From assembly GCF_000743755.1 (NCBI RefSeq), contig NW_014569544.1, forward strand, positions 62,001-111,853: a stretch of DNA of 49,853 nucleotides, in the 5' to 3' direction. The notes beneath the pieces were generated by a model. That model did no database searches. It was not told the DNA's origin and saw only the letters and a program-made list of their open reading frames with translations. The translations under genes were made by a program, and so were the position numbers. The DNA is from Blastocystis sp. subtype 4. Lineage: Eukaryota. Shown here piece by piece: positions 48,575-49,853 of this stretch (the stretch's first letter is position 1; every line of letters begins with the position of its first letter).

Positions 48575-49171
48575 ATGAGTTTGTGTATCGACAGAAATGG
48601 ATTGGGTGTATTTGTCTGTGATGGAGAAATGGCGGCAAGTTATTGGATTGTATGGAGATAGAATAGGAACATAACTGCTTATGTGGAGTATATTTATGGA
48701 ATCAGGTCAATGTTGACATATGCAATCGGTACTATTGATTCGTTCAAAAACGGTGAACCAATGTTGAATCAATACTTACTGTGTCCTTTGTTGAATGGTG
48801 ATGTATGAATGGAAGGTTCGAATGAAGGATAGAGTGAAAAGTGTATTGACCGATTGGATGAATATGGATTAACTCGAGAGGATCTGATTGATTGTTTGAA
48901 TGGATATCCATGGGAAGGAACAAAGAGTAGATTTGAAGAGGTGGATAGTAAGGTTCGATCTTCATTCACTCGCAAGTATAATAATCGTGAACATCTCTTA
49001 GCAAATACCTTTGCGTCTGGAGATAGCTTAGTTAGTCAAGGAAAACGACGATCAGTGAAACGAGGAGGAGGAAAAGGTGAGAATTCGAGATCTAAACGAG
49101 GTGTATCACAACAAACAATGGAAGAAGAGACTTCAGAAGAGGATGATGAGGATGCTCTGTTTGTGATCTAG
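48575..49171 (+). CDS. Small protein resembling only the RFC1 C-terminal domain
   Basis: LDEYGLTREDLID...FEEVDSKVRSSFTRKYN followed by a basic then acidic tail, as in RFC1 C-termini. Start uncertain. Confidence 0.65.
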
Positions 49172-49194
49172 AGAGTGTTTATTACAAACAAGGG

Positions 49195-49853
49195 ATTTAG
49201 ATTGGGTTCGAAGAAGTACCTGAAAGGCAAGTACACATCGAATCACTTCTAATGTAGGATTCACTACAGGCATTCGCACTAATAAGTCACGTAATACACT
49301 CACCTCCTGAATACTCTCTTTTGTTACAATATGTTGGATCACTCCCTTCATAGATCTGATTCACATTCCTCACAACACACATACACTTCTCGTCTCTGAA
49401 GAATTGATACTACACTTGCCACACACTCACATATCACTTCCTGTAACAAGACTGTTCGTGGCTCTAACAGACATCGCACCAATCTCTCAAACAGTCTTAT
49501 CAGTGTCTCATCAGAGAAATGATCTCGATCCTCTCCCAACACACTCAACACGAACATCAGTAACTGGAGATAGTGACGGAATTGGAGGAGAGGGAATGAT
49601 TCCACAAGAGCTATCTATCATTCCTCTCTACTCATATACAAGACTTCACACTTCCATCCCAAGCAATCTCTTCACGTAGTTCCATATGAGAGTGAAGGAG
49701 GTCATTCAAATCAATCGTTGTCTCACTGTAGCCTACATCTTCATCCTTCAACTCTCATACCTAACAGATCCCATATCGAGAGAAATGCCTCCTGAGAAGG
49801 AATACAACGAACCAGATCCAGTTTGAAACCACTATGACGTTGAAGCAGTTCCA
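49195..49853 (-). CDS. Hypothetical helical protein, 3' part; stop predicted to be created by polyadenylation
   Basis: A 29-nt intron joins ORFs 49348-49605 and 49133-49351. TGTTTGTA starts at 49190, 4 nt after an in-frame T at 49195. Confidence 0.6.

Noticed and set aside
1..49853. Alternative genetic code, prokaryotic operons, CRISPR arrays, transposons
   Set aside because: ORF fragmentation is explained by short introns under the standard code. No repeat-spacer arrays, transposase or reverse transcriptase motifs were seen.

Overview
Gene-dense eukaryotic nuclear DNA that looks like the stramenopile gut parasite Blastocystis (inference). The signs are many 28-34 nt GT-AG introns, very short intergenic spacers, and a TGTTTGTT-type motif just downstream of most gene ends. 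I reconstructed about 26 protein-coding genes by hand-splicing. They include Pol epsilon, M1 aminopeptidase, Trm10, a WNK kinase, an OCRL-like 5-phosphatase, an SSS transporter, proteasome beta1, two subtilases, Dbp5/DDX19, gamma-CA, SRP14 and a GalNAc-transferase. The window also holds tRNA-Pro(AGG), tRNA-Glu(CTC) and an intronic box C/D snoRNA. Main signals: (1) a distinct class of 39-48 nt U12-like introns (ATATCC 5' site, branch-like motif 5-7 nt from the 3' end; AT-AC, AT-AG and possibly AT-AA ends), three in one protease gene and several overlapped by in-frame GT-AG alternatives; (2) stop codons predicted to be completed or created by polyadenylation; (3) a degenerate Hsp70-MORN-LRR fusion, a Trm10-dsRBD fusion and a stand-alone RFC1 C-terminal domain gene; (4) a non-U12 AT-AG intron at the proteasome beta1 processing site and a cyclophilin frameshift, either of which could be an assembly error. 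CDS coordinates span introns. Exon boundaries and protein identities come from reading and recalled family motifs, not database searches.
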